From IMG/VR virus record IMGVR_UViG_3300028888_000002: DNA of 64,000 nucleotides. The stretch is one strand, 5' to 3'. Position numbers and translations under genes: made by a program. Positions 9,652-19,348 of this stretch are shown one piece after another (position 1 is the stretch's first letter; every line of letters begins with the position of its first letter). Under the pieces are notes generated by a model that was not told the origin of the DNA, searched no databases, and saw only the letters and a list, made by a program, of their open reading frames with translations. This DNA is from a virus. Its lineage: Duplodnaviria > Caudoviricetes.

Positions 9652-10421
9652 AAGACCTCCTTCTATAATGGAAATATAGCAAAACAGGAGTGTCATTTTA
9701 TGTCAATAGCAAACCCCTATGTAAAGCTTGGATTACATAGGGGTGAAATGGCAAAATTGGACTAATTTCAGCGATTTTTCAGACCAGCAACACTTTGGGT
9801 GGACATAGCCTTAAAAAAAGACAAGGCTTTCTCTCGTCGTTATTCCGTTGATGATAGCGTTTTGTATGGTGCTATTGATTCGGAGTGGTCGCCTGTTATG
9901 TCTATCAAGGATAAAAAGACAGGTAAGACTTACGCTACTATCTTGTTTGACGGGGATGGTAAAATTCGTATTAACGGATTTCCGTCTTCCCCGATTGAGG
10001 GGGATAGTTCCGATATAGATTGGATTTTGGAAGTTTTGCGTAATAAGAAGCCGTCCGAATCCAAAAAGTCCGAAGGCGTTGGTGGCAAAATCAAAATGGG
10101 CATTGACTACAATATGTTTATGCGTATGTGTGCGTCCGCAGCCTATCTTGACGAAAACGAAGACTATTGGGACGCTCTTTGGGAATACTATTCCGAAATG
10201 GGCGAAATTGAAGACGCTTGTGAGTTCTTTGATAACTTGTTCCAATACACGTCCTGGTGCGACGAAGACGAAGTGTATGACGAATACCTGGACGATTCGT
10301 ATAAGGACGGCACAAAGAGCAAGGCTGAATGTATTGAAGCTGCCGTTGACGCAGGCGACCTTGACGTTTTTAAGACGGACAAGGGCTATCTTGTAATTCA
10401 GTAACAACCCGTGAAATGCAG

Positions 10422-10448
10422 AAGCACCCCTTAATTGGGGTGCTTTTT
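10422..10448 (+). terminator. Rho-independent terminator
   Basis: AAGCACCCC-ttaatt-GGGGTGCTT plus T tract. Confidence 0.8.
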
Positions 10449-10496
10449 CGCATACGGCATTAACTAGACAGCCACGATTTTATTTATATTTCGGAT

Positions 10497-11216
10497 ATGC
10501 TTGAACCCGATAATCAAAAAGTTTATTTCATAGAGAACGACGACTTGTCTAAACTCTATCCCGACGCAGAAGACGCACAGGACAAAGCCCTGGGCGTTCT
10601 TGAAGGTGAGCAGTCCTTTATTATCGTGGACGGTGAACAGCTCCCCATAGGCTACGATAGCGAAAAGGACGCTATCCTGGTGGAAGACAGCAGCGTTTCC
10701 GATAGCGTGATTAAAAAGGCTCGCAAGCTGCTTGACCTGTTCGTGAAGAATGAACTGTTCGGGACCCGTGAAATTGAAAATGAAAACGGGTTTATGCCCG
10801 ACGACGATTACCCTATGTCCGTGAATGTCACGGACGGTAATTCGTATCGCACGGTTTCTTATTACCCGTCTATGCAGCAAATGGCGAATGCACAGGTCCA
10901 TTTGTGGACGGGAAGCGGGTATAGCACCCACGTATTCTATGTGAACGTCCATAATGGCGACCGCAACCCCGAAGAAGCCCTGGAAACGGCTGTGGTCCTT
11001 GCCGAAAAGATTGACAAGTCCGTATTGTTAGACGTTGCCGAAACCGAACAGGCTATGGCAGACGACGGTCATTACGACAAGGATAGCGGTGAGGGCGACG
11101 CTGTTTTTGAAGAAACATACATTTACGTTGACGCTACAATGTTGGGGGCTACGCAGCCTTACTACGTGTATGCAGAAAACTTCGGAGTGTTGCCCAATAA
11201 GGGCGAACTCGCATAA
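10497..11216 (+). CDS. Acidic hypothetical protein in the head/cargo cluster
   Basis: 239-aa ORF, D/E-rich, no obvious tag. Confidence 0.7.
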   Translation: MLEPDNQKVYFIENDDLSKLYPDAEDAQDKALGVLEGEQSFIIVDGEQLPIGYDSEKDAILVEDSSVSDSVIKKARKLLDLFVKNELFGTREIENENGFMPDDDYPMSVNVTDGNSYRTVSYYPSMQQMANAQVHLWTGSGYSTHVFYVNVHNGDRNPEEALETAVVLAEKIDKSVLLDVAETEQAMADDGHYDKDSGEGDAVFEETYIYVDATMLGATQPYYVYAENFGVLPNKGELA

Positions 11217-11230
11217 ATGTGAGGCAGACT

Positions 11231-12049
11231 ATGGCTAAAATGAAAATCAAGGTCCACGAAAGAAATTCCGATAATGACCCGCAGCGTTTCTACGATAAAT
11301 TGAACCCTGTTGAAAAGAGCCGTTTTGACGGGCTTGCCGACACGGTTGAAGCCCTGGTTGGTGTGTTTGATGAAAACGGGAAACTGTCTAAACCGCAGCA
11401 AGACCAACTCAAGGAAGCCAGGGACACAATTTACGTGTTTGGCTATGCAGCCAGGGGCTATGTAAGTCTTGCCGACGAAGTTCTTGCCAACTATGGCGTG
11501 GAACCTTTGCTTGACCCGAACGAACCTGTCTTTGGCGAATCCAAAAAGAACGAAGACACCGACGACGCAGCCGAAGCACTCGCAAAGGAACTAGGGGTTT
11601 CTGTTGACAAGGTTTCGGATAGCTCCCAGGACTATGACTATTATGAACCCGATTACACGTATGACGTTGAATTGACGAACGGCAAGACTGCTACTTACCT
11701 TGTGTATGATAATCAGCAGTCTGCTATTGACGCTGCTGCGGACGATTTGGGTGAACGTTTCCACGATGACAGTAGCATACTTGGGGCAGCTATTGAATAC
11801 TTCGGCTTCGGGACGCTTTCCGATTATTTGAACGGATATGACGACGACGAAATGGCTGAACTTGAAAGTCTTTGTGACGACGTGAGTTCCGAAGAATTTG
11901 CACGTATGTTGCAGCAGAAGGGCGGTGTGGATTACCGTGGGTTTGCTGAATACAACATAGGCGAACTTGGGGCTGCTTGGCACCTTGCCGATTATGACAA
12001 CAAAGAAGTTGAACTTGAAAACGGTATGCTCGCATATCGTGTAGATTAA
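11231..12049 (+). CDS. Two-module putative cargo polyprotein, tag A
   Basis: MAKMKIKVHE-R; linker FGESKKNED; acidic second domain ending HLADYDNKEVELENGMLAYRVD. Confidence 0.78.
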   Translation: MAKMKIKVHERNSDNDPQRFYDKLNPVEKSRFDGLADTVEALVGVFDENGKLSKPQQDQLKEARDTIYVFGYAARGYVSLADEVLANYGVEPLLDPNEPVFGESKKNEDTDDAAEALAKELGVSVDKVSDSSQDYDYYEPDYTYDVELTNGKTATYLVYDNQQSAIDAAADDLGERFHDDSSILGAAIEYFGFGTLSDYLNGYDDDEMAELESLCDDVSSEEFARMLQQKGGVDYRGFAEYNIGELGAAWHLADYDNKEVELENGMLAYRVD

Positions 12050-12061
12050 GGGAGTAAGTAT

Positions 12062-13567
12062 ATGTCTTTGAAAATCAAAACACACAAGTTTGAAAGCCGT
12101 GTAGCCCCCGCTGCACAGCGTCGTCCGTTTGGTCGTATGGCTGAATCCAAAAAGTCCGAAGCTACAAGTTTCGGTGCGGGTATGTCTAAACGCACGGACC
12201 TGTCCAAAATGCGTAATTTGGGTGAAGTCATAGACGTTCTTGAAGAACACAAGAAACTTATGGAAAACAAGGCAAAGGATTTGTCGCAAAGCAAGGAAGA
12301 CTTGCAGGCTGCGATTAAGTCCCTTAACGAATTTTCCAAACACGTCCTGTTCTTGAAGCAGCAGTCCGTAAAGGGTATCAAGGACGCACTCACGTTCAAC
12401 AAGTCCCCCGAAGTCAAGGCTGCTGCCGATATTGAAAAGCACTTGAAGAATGCTCTTAAAATCCTTTACTCCGATTATGAGAACATTCCCGATGTTACTC
12501 AACTGCTGACAGTTGTTGACAGTCGTTATGCTACCCGTGGTGACAAGGTTGTGACCGCCTGGGTTGACAATGCGACCCGTGCTATTGAAGTGGACGCAAA
12601 GACGATTAAGGACAGCATCGCTGCGGGCGATATGTCCGAAGACGACGTTGTGAAACTTGTGACGGTTACTTACGCTACCCACGGTGTCAAGAACAAGGAC
12701 ACCGTTGAAAAGGTAACGCCCGTCCTTGAACGTATGAACGCTTTGCTTGCTTCGGCTCCGAAGATTGAAGAAGCGGTCATTGACCCGAAGGAATTTAAGG
12801 AACTCCGTGACCTTGTGGAACAGATTGTTAAGGAAGCGTCCGAACCGACGCTTACTGTCAAGACTGCTATCACTACGCTTTCAAAGGGCGAACTCGCAAC
12901 CGTCCCGTCCGAAGCGTTTGTGTCCGAGGGTCTGCTTGACAAACTCAAAGACCTTGTGGCTTCTCTCAAGGACAAGATTTCGTCCCTGTGGAACTCGTTT
13001 ACTTCCCTGTTCTTCAACCTGGAAGACGAAGCCCTTGAATCGGCTGAAACGTTTGCCGAAGTTGAAGAAGGCTTTGCCATTATGGGCATTGTCGTTGAAT
13101 CCTACGTCGCAAAGAGTGTTCCGCTCGGCAAGCAGTTTGAAGTCCTTACGAAGTCCGTGCTTCACTGCTGCGATAAACTTGTCAAGGACGCTTCCCTTGC
13201 GGGCGAATTTGACGACGAAGTGATTTACGCAGAAGAAGCCGTCAATAATGCCGTTGAGTCGTTCCAGGCTCTCGGTGAAGCCTGCAAGACTTTGAAGAAC
13301 GCATTGTCGTATCACAAAAACGAAGACAATATGAACGTTATCGGTATTCTTGCGGACGCTATCACGCAGATTGTGAACGACGACAATGGCAGTGCCGATA
13401 CGGAAGGTGGCGACGACTCCGAAGACGACGAAAATCCTGTAATCCGTGACGTTGAAAAGGAATATAGCCCCGCAGGTGGCGAGGGCGGTGAAGAAGGTCC
13501 CGAAGCGAACGGTGGCGAGAACGAAGCCCCGAACCCCGCTGAAATGGGCGAACCCGAAACGTTCTAG
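12062..13567 (+). CDS. Large helical putative head-internal protein, tag A
   Basis: MSLKIKTHKFE-S, MAESKKSEA linker, SEGLLDKLKD motif, acidic low-complexity tail. Confidence 0.75.
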   Translation: MSLKIKTHKFESRVAPAAQRRPFGRMAESKKSEATSFGAGMSKRTDLSKMRNLGEVIDVLEEHKKLMENKAKDLSQSKEDLQAAIKSLNEFSKHVLFLKQQSVKGIKDALTFNKSPEVKAAADIEKHLKNALKILYSDYENIPDVTQLLTVVDSRYATRGDKVVTAWVDNATRAIEVDAKTIKDSIAAGDMSEDDVVKLVTVTYATHGVKNKDTVEKVTPVLERMNALLASAPKIEEAVIDPKEFKELRDLVEQIVKEASEPTLTVKTAITTLSKGELATVPSEAFVSEGLLDKLKDLVASLKDKISSLWNSFTSLFFNLEDEALESAETFAEVEEGFAIMGIVVESYVAKSVPLGKQFEVLTKSVLHCCDKLVKDASLAGEFDDEVIYAEEAVNNAVESFQALGEACKTLKNALSYHKNEDNMNVIGILADAITQIVNDDNGSADTEGGDDSEDDENPVIRDVEKEYSPAGGEGGEEGPEANGGENEAPNPAEMGEPETF

Positions 13568-13593
13568 TCAACGCCTGGTCCGCTGAAAAGTAT

Positions 13594-13628
13594 AGTTGCC
13601 GAGGAATACTCGGCAACTTTCATTTTTG
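13594..13628 (+). terminator. Rho-independent terminator
   Basis: AGTTGCCGAG-gaata-CTCGGCAACT plus T-rich tail. Confidence 0.75.
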
Positions 13629-13684
13629 ACGCTGCGTGACTATATTTCATATAGGACAACCACGGCATACAAAAAGGAAACTGT

Positions 13685-13849
13685 ATGACGCTAGACGAAA
13701 AAGTAAAAGAACTGTATGACACGCTGAAGCCGATATGCAAGGAAAAGAAATTGAACCTTGCGTGGGAAGTCCATAAGGCGTTGAAGAAATTCCGCAGCGA
13801 ACACCCCGACCTTGACGAACAGTGGTCCATTGAAGCCTTGAAGTGCTGA
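13685..13849 (+). CDS. 54-aa small protein (absent from ORF track)
   Basis: AAAGGA RBS; MTLDEKVKELYDTLKPICKEKKLNLAWEVHKALKKFRSEHPDLDEQWSIEALKC. Confidence 0.65.
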   Translation: MTLDEKVKELYDTLKPICKEKKLNLAWEVHKALKKFRSEHPDLDEQWSIEALKC

Positions 13850-13870
13850 CCGTTTTTGACAGACACTTTG

Positions 13871-13929
13871 TAGGTATTCTGTTATATTCATTGGGTAACT
13901 TGTTATATTACTAGGTAATTTGTTATATT
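13871..13929 (+). promoter_or_regulatory. Three tandem GGTA-N2/3-TGTTATATT boxes at about 20-21 bp period upstream of the tail genes
   Basis: Copies at 13871-13888, 13893-13909, 13912-13929. Confidence 0.65.
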
Positions 13930-14041
13930 TATTTTGTATAAAATAAATCTTTCCCCATTAACTGAAATTCTGCGGTAATGCTCCGCAGAATTTTTATTAT
14001 TTTTAGAATGTTGCAACAATAACATTAGGAGTATTCCTCAA

Positions 14042-15205
14042 ATGAATTTTACCGAAAATGCAAAGACTAAATTTTGGGCTGACCTTTCCGCAGGTGTAAA
14101 GTCCACTTTTGGACATTCTCTCGGTGAAGCGTTCCACATTGACCAATACAAAAGTGGTCGCTTCTCGTTTACCGAATCCGTGACGGGCGGTCCTGGTGCT
14201 GTCACACGGCTTATGGACTCTTTAAAGGCTTCCTCGCCTGTCATTGAGTCGGTTCGTATGACACCGATTTCCAACGGCTACAACGCTACATACAACGTGT
14301 CGGTTGAATTTAACCCCGTCAAGGCTGAATCCGTTTACAGCGACGGCAAGGACAACGTTAAGACTTTTGAAAAGGACGGCAAGACCTACGTCGTCGGTAG
14401 CGACGGAAACGCTATTCCTGTTGACGACCCCGACAAGTTTATGGATAATGTAAACAAGACCACGGGTTCTAGTTACAAGAAAAAGTCCGAAGACGCAGAC
14501 CAGGTGGATATGGACGGGTTCCCGATTGAACTTGACTCCGTTATCGCTCTCGCAAACGAAGCCCTTGACGGCACGGGCGTTACTATCGCCAACGAAGGCG
14601 GTAAGCTGCTTGTCCGTGGTGCGTCCGAACTTGTGAAGCCGACCCAGGAATTTGTCCCCGAACCGTATTACGGTGCCGACTCTATTGACGGTGGCTACGA
14701 CGAAGAAACGGGCGACCTGGCTCTTACCATTCCCGAATATCCGACGGAATACGAAATTGAACAGCTCCGTTCGTTCCTTATTTCTGCCGTCAACTGTATT
14801 ATGGACCACGCCCTGTGCAAGACTGCCGATTGCTCCGACGACGATTGGTGCAACGCTATGGCAGAAGCCGAACCGTGCGAAAGCTACGTTCACAAGTATG
14901 GCTACCTGGGCGAAGCATTTGTCGGTAATGACAAGAAGCAGGTTGCTATCCTGGTGAAGTCGCTCTTGCAGGAAAATCGCCTGGAAGACGCAAAGAAAGT
15001 CGCCACGAAGCATATGGGTGCTGAAATGGCAGAAGGCTTCACCCGCAAGTATGCACCCGAAAAGGTGGAAGAAAAACATCAAGCGGTCATTACAGACGAA
15101 ATGGCTCTGCTTGACAGAATGCACGAATCCGCTATGAACCGTGCCCCCGAAAAGGTGGTGGAAATGGATTCCCTCGTCGCCAAAAATTTAACACAGGAGA
15201 AGTAA
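14042..15205 (+). CDS. Probable virion/prohead-associated protein
   Basis: AGGAG RBS; directly before sheath; many ES/EA dipeptides, KKKSEDA linker-like site. Confidence 0.65.
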   Translation: MNFTENAKTKFWADLSAGVKSTFGHSLGEAFHIDQYKSGRFSFTESVTGGPGAVTRLMDSLKASSPVIESVRMTPISNGYNATYNVSVEFNPVKAESVYSDGKDNVKTFEKDGKTYVVGSDGNAIPVDDPDKFMDNVNKTTGSSYKKKSEDADQVDMDGFPIELDSVIALANEALDGTGVTIANEGGKLLVRGASELVKPTQEFVPEPYYGADSIDGGYDEETGDLALTIPEYPTEYEIEQLRSFLISAVNCIMDHALCKTADCSDDDWCNAMAEAEPCESYVHKYGYLGEAFVGNDKKQVAILVKSLLQENRLEDAKKVATKHMGAEMAEGFTRKYAPEKVEEKHQAVITDEMALLDRMHESAMNRAPEKVVEMDSLVAKNLTQEK

Positions 15206-15208
15206 ACT

Positions 15209-17473
15209 ATGCCGATAAATGATAGTGCAGGTGTAGGTGTTTACCTTATTGACAAGTCGCAGCGTTCTTCTGTCGCTATCGGTTTCCGTTCTGCGGGTGC
15301 CATTGAAGCAGACAGGGGACTGTGTAACAAGCCAACCTTGATTTCTAGCGAAGACGACTACGTTAAGGCGTTTGGCACTCCGTCTATGGAGCGTCACGGT
15401 CTTGCTGCTATGGAAGCATATTTGCTCGCACAGCGTAAGGTCCCGCAGGTTCTCGTCCGTGCAAAGGACCCGACAATGCTCCCGTCGGACACCCCGTTCG
15501 GAGCTATGAAGTTTACCGTGGAAGACGGCAAGTTGGTCGTGAACACGATGCTTCCCGCTATTGCGATTGCTTCCCCAGGCGAGGGTATGGACAATGAATC
15601 CTACCTTTACTTTAAGGGCGAAGGCGATTACTGCTCCAAAGAACGCAAGAACGTTGTCGTTCGTTTGAGCCAACCTGTCACGCAGTCTGCTTACGCAAAG
15701 GAAGGTCGTTCCGTCCGTGTGCAGTTGTTTGACTTCAACGGTTCCAACCATATTGACGAAGACGTTCCCGCAGAACTCGCATTCAACCCCGACGTTGCTA
15801 ACTTGATTTCTGCTACGGGCGATTTCAAGTTGGACGGCTTCCTGGTTGGTTCCGCTGCGGGCAGTGACGCAGGTGCTTCGGGCGAACACCCCGTAAAGAT
15901 TACCGCTTTCGTGAACGGTCGTGTTTACAATATGCCCGAATTTGATTATTCGTCTTTGTTTGACGGTTCCGATTGGGGTATGTTTGATAAGTTCGCCCAG
16001 GCTGCGAAGGGTGCTACCTACGCAGACGGTGAGCCTGTCATTGAAGAAGATTGGGACACCCCGCTTGTTTATACCCCTGGTGTGGGTGTGGAAGGTTCGG
16101 GTTCCGACGAAAACGAAAAGTATGGCGTGTATTACCTGTATTCGGGTAAGGACGGTGGACCGCAGAAACTCAACTGCTTCGGTCTGTCCATTTCCCTTAC
16201 GGCTACCGTGGAACTCCCGATTGCCGAAGACCCGACTTCTACCCGTAAACTCGCCCCTGGCTTCTATGGCTATCCGTGCGGTAGCGTGACGGTTGCGAAG
16301 AAGGGTGACGGTTACGTTGCGAAGTTCAACATTAGCACGAACCTTTACCTCAAGAACCGCAGCACCTATATGTTTATGGGTGAGCAAAATGAGTATTGGG
16401 CTTCCTACTACAAGACCTACTGCGTGAATGACTTCGTGGTGTCTATGTCTTACGACGACTTTGATTCCAACTACGTGTCTATGCAGATGGACGCTGTAAT
16501 GGGCGGTTCCAAATACCTTGTTCCGAAGTCTAGCCAAATCTTTGGCGACTACACCATTGATTACGGACACGACGACATTACGAACAAGCTGCACTACTTT
16601 GAGGGTATGATTAAGGCTAACACCATTCCTATGCAGAACAAGTCCTACGCTTACTCGCAGGCACTTCAAGTTTTGCTTGGGGACAACCTTACCCGTTGGC
16701 GTTGTTTGGCTACCCCGAACCTGGGTGACGTTATGAACCCTGCGGATTACATTTCCGCTATCACGTCGTCTAACGAAGCAACTCTCGGCTTGTCTAACAT
16801 TGGTCGTGCTGCTGCTACGGACGTGTTCGGAAATCTTACGGGTCGTCACGGCAACCGCTTTATTGCCGACTACTGTCAGTATGCTTACCGCACTCTTGCG
16901 GGCAAGCGGACCGCAGTCACTATGGCTTGCCTTGTCGCAGACTTGCTCAACAGCCATTACAACGACGGTATTGAAGCACGTCCCCCGTTTGGTTACAACT
17001 ACGGTCAAATCGCTTGCTTGTCCTTGTCGCAGCAGTTTAGCGGACCCGAACGCAATATGCTTGCAAGACAGCTCAAGATTAACCCTGTTGTTGAAGACGG
17101 TGGTTACTACATTTGGGAAGAACGCACGTCGCAGCTTACCGACACGTCCTTGTCCGACGTTCATTGTATCATTTCGTTCCTGTGGATGAAGTTCGCTATC
17201 TATGACGCTATGAAGTCTTTTGTGGCTGAATACAACGACCAATCTACGGTGGACCGTGGTCTTGCAGTTCTCGGTCAGTTGAACCAAAACTTCATTGACA
17301 AGAACTACATTGAAGAAGGCATTGTAAGTGCCGACAAGAACGTTATCGGTGACGAAGTGCTTCGCTTTGACTACGCAATCCGCTTCAAGGGCGTTGCCCG
17401 TTTCGTGGACGTTTATATCACCGCATACAGTCAAACGCAGACTTTGGCTGTGTCGCTCGCACAGGAGGCTTAA
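15209..17473 (+). CDS. Contractile tail sheath protein
   Basis: N-terminal AGVGVYLIDKS, KPTLISSEDDYVKAFGTP; C-terminal LKINPVV..YIWEERT..FVAEYND sheath domain. Confidence 0.88.
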   Translation: MPINDSAGVGVYLIDKSQRSSVAIGFRSAGAIEADRGLCNKPTLISSEDDYVKAFGTPSMERHGLAAMEAYLLAQRKVPQVLVRAKDPTMLPSDTPFGAMKFTVEDGKLVVNTMLPAIAIASPGEGMDNESYLYFKGEGDYCSKERKNVVVRLSQPVTQSAYAKEGRSVRVQLFDFNGSNHIDEDVPAELAFNPDVANLISATGDFKLDGFLVGSAAGSDAGASGEHPVKITAFVNGRVYNMPEFDYSSLFDGSDWGMFDKFAQAAKGATYADGEPVIEEDWDTPLVYTPGVGVEGSGSDENEKYGVYYLYSGKDGGPQKLNCFGLSISLTATVELPIAEDPTSTRKLAPGFYGYPCGSVTVAKKGDGYVAKFNISTNLYLKNRSTYMFMGEQNEYWASYYKTYCVNDFVVSMSYDDFDSNYVSMQMDAVMGGSKYLVPKSSQIFGDYTIDYGHDDITNKLHYFEGMIKANTIPMQNKSYAYSQALQVLLGDNLTRWRCLATPNLGDVMNPADYISAITSSNEATLGLSNIGRAAATDVFGNLTGRHGNRFIADYCQYAYRTLAGKRTAVTMACLVADLLNSHYNDGIEARPPFGYNYGQIACLSLSQQFSGPERNMLARQLKINPVVEDGGYYIWEERTSQLTDTSLSDVHCIISFLWMKFAIYDAMKSFVAEYNDQSTVDRGLAVLGQLNQNFIDKNYIEEGIVSADKNVIGDEVLRFDYAIRFKGVARFVDVYITAYSQTQTLAVSLAQEA

Positions 17474-17476
17474 TCT

Positions 17477-18079
17477 ATGCCACAGAATATCAAGATTAAC
17501 GAACTGCTTGGCGATGACTTCAAAGAGTATAACTACGCAGTTACGTCTAATTGGCGTATTGACTTTTCGGGCAGTAATGAGTTCAAGAAACTGCTTGAAG
17601 GTGCCCCTGGTGACGACGGGCACCCTGCGGTGTTGAAGCAACTGTCTTTTGCGTGTCATTCGGATTTTCAGTTTGAAGCCGACGTTGAATACGCAGAAGC
17701 CGAAATCAAGGGCATTCACATTTCGCAGGCTGCTTGGCAGGACCGCTTCATTGACTCGCTGCCGATTGACGTGTATGAAAATATGGACCACCGTGTTTTC
17801 AAGGCTCTCGTCCAGGCTGCTAACAAGACTGCGGGCTACTTTAAGCACCGTGATATTGCTGCGAAGACGGAATACACCTTTGACGGTATCACGCTTACCG
17901 CTTTGGGCAACACCGTTGACGGTTCCGAACCGTCTAACGCAATCGTGTATCACTTGAAGGGTGTGCAGATTAAAAAGGTGCAGTCCCCGAACTACACCTC
18001 CGACGCTGCCGAAATCGGCTCCGTGCAACTTGAACTCAAGGCACACGGTTGGACGATTGGCGACGACGGCACGACCTAA
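17477..18079 (+). CDS. Tail tube protein
   Basis: 200 aa directly after the sheath; beta-rich, tube-like C-terminus (YHLKGVQIKKV..SVQLEL). Confidence 0.7.
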   Translation: MPQNIKINELLGDDFKEYNYAVTSNWRIDFSGSNEFKKLLEGAPGDDGHPAVLKQLSFACHSDFQFEADVEYAEAEIKGIHISQAAWQDRFIDSLPIDVYENMDHRVFKALVQAANKTAGYFKHRDIAAKTEYTFDGITLTALGNTVDGSEPSNAIVYHLKGVQIKKVQSPNYTSDAAEIGSVQLELKAHGWTIGDDGTT

Positions 18080-18100
18080 TCGCCCCGTGTAATTGTTGCA

Positions 18101-18136
18101 AAATGCCCCGCTCATTTCGTATGGGTGGGGCATTTT
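18101..18136 (+). terminator. Rho-independent terminator
   Basis: AAATGCCCCGCTCAT-ttcgt-ATGGGTGGGGCATTTT. Confidence 0.7.
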
Positions 18137-18163
18137 CTATACAGAATAATGTATATTTAGGCT

Positions 18164-18586
18164 ATGGCATTTAACGTAAGAAACGGGCTGTCAATCCAAT
18201 CAGCGATTGATACGACATTTTTAGACACGGCACATTTTGACGCAGAATGTGAGTTCCCCCGTGGTTTTGACGAACTGAATAAGTTGGCAATATCTACGGT
18301 TGGGGGTCTTCGCCCGTTCATTCTTGAAGACGGTCAGTTAAAGACCCAGGAATTTACCGTTGAAGCCTACGTGTCTAATAAACAAGATATGCTGCTGCGT
18401 TCGCTTTATACGGCAACCGTCCACCCTGGCTACATAGATTTACGGTTGCCCATAACGCTAATGTGGGGTCACGAAGACAACCCTATGCAGCTAAAATGCT
18501 ATCTTGCTAAATATGAACCACCCGAATCGGTGTCCTACAAGGACGCTGAAATCCTGGACGTAAAACTTACGCTACGGGCAATTTAA
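18164..18586 (+). CDS. Probable tube-fold tail/baseplate protein
   Basis: Position between tube and hub genes; beta-strand pattern similar to the tube. Confidence 0.5.
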   Translation: MAFNVRNGLSIQSAIDTTFLDTAHFDAECEFPRGFDELNKLAISTVGGLRPFILEDGQLKTQEFTVEAYVSNKQDMLLRSLYTATVHPGYIDLRLPITLMWGHEDNPMQLKCYLAKYEPPESVSYKDAEILDVKLTLRAI

Positions 18587-18601
18587 CAACCGAGGTAACA
18601 A

Positions 18602-19348
18602 ATGCTAATTCCTGTAAACTCCCTGCCGTCCAACTTCAAGCCTTACAAATTCAAGTCTTTCAAAATGAAAGCTATGAGTTTGCAGCAGGCGATTGACTTG
18701 GGCAAGAACCCGTCTTTGAAAGACATTGTGAAACTCTTGCAGACGCTTGTGGGCGACGAAATTGACGCAAGCGTTCTTGTCCCTGTGGACGTGAAGTATC
18801 TTGTAGCTATGCTTGCGTTCCACGCTTACCCGAAGCAGAAGTGGGACCTTGAACTTACTTGTCCGCACTGTAAGGAAAAACATAAAAGGGCTATCACTAT
18901 GAGCGATTTCCCGCCTGTTCCTAGCCTTGCAGCGGACGACCCCTACCCGCTCACCATTGACGACGGGAAGCACGTTTGGGAATTGGGCTATGCGTCCGTT
19001 GACGCTTGGGAAGAAATGGTTAGTAAGTTGGGTATCACAAAGGACACCGACCTGGACGATTTGGACCCCGCACAGTATATTGACATTGTGGCTCCGTATA
19101 TCCTGTCTGTTGACGGCAAGAATGAACGGACCCGTGAAACGCTTTTGGAAATTGACGACTTCGGCATTTTGAACCTTATGCTTGAAGCTATCAAAACCTA
19201 CTTCCTGGATGACACGCAGGCTGAATTTGAATGCCCGAAGTGCAAGAAAAAGTATAGTGTGTCGTTGAGTGCGGTTGAGGTCACTCAATACACCCCGTTT
19301 CTTGACAAGACAGCGGTTAGCAAGTATAAGACTAATTTTAGGCTTTGA
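18602..19348 (+). CDS. Baseplate hub/tail assembly chaperone, T4 gp26-like
   Basis: Two Cys pairs (CPHC, CPKC), LVPVDVKYL motif, upstream of the tape measure; ends KYKTNFRL at CTT-TGA-C. Confidence 0.65.
   Translation: MLIPVNSLPSNFKPYKFKSFKMKAMSLQQAIDLGKNPSLKDIVKLLQTLVGDEIDASVLVPVDVKYLVAMLAFHAYPKQKWDLELTCPHCKEKHKRAITMSDFPPVPSLAADDPYPLTIDDGKHVWELGYASVDAWEEMVSKLGITKDTDLDDLDPAQYIDIVAPYILSVDGKNERTRETLLEIDDFGILNLMLEAIKTYFLDDTQAEFECPKCKKKYSVSLSAVEVTQYTPFLDKTAVSKYKTNFRL

Larger units (their letters stand above)
7482..9810 (-). mobile_element. IS1595-family insertion sequence (ISPna2-like) carrying a passenger gene
   Basis: 26-bp perfect TIR GGCTATGTCCACCCAAAGTGTTGCTG (7482-7507 / 9785-9810); 9-bp direct repeat TTAAAAAAA at 7473-7481 and 9811-9819; DDE/N transposase. 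Confidence 0.93.
6714..10404 (+). pseudogene. Four-module cargo polyprotein (tag B), about 450 aa, interrupted by IS1595
   Basis: Joining 6714-7481 to 9820-10404 restores one frame (...VVDGLKK/DKAFSRRY...); linkers AKKSEA, ESTKSEG, ESKKSEG, SESKKSEG. Confidence 0.85.

Noticed and set aside
13871-13929. Tandem repeats as a CRISPR mini-array
   Set aside because: Units are about 17 bp with 2-4 bp gaps; no spacers and no cas genes
17477-17506. Tail tube N-terminus MPQNIKINE-L resembling tag A
   Set aside because: Lacks the leading basic and hydrophobic positions, and a tube subunit is not expected to be capsid cargo; treated as chance, but it shows the motif can give false positives
3242-18133. 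Long minus-strand ORFs (678 aa at 3242..5278, 981 aa at 15188..18133 and many similar)
   Set aside because: Antisense shadows of codon-biased plus-strand genes; no RBS and no protein-like motifs
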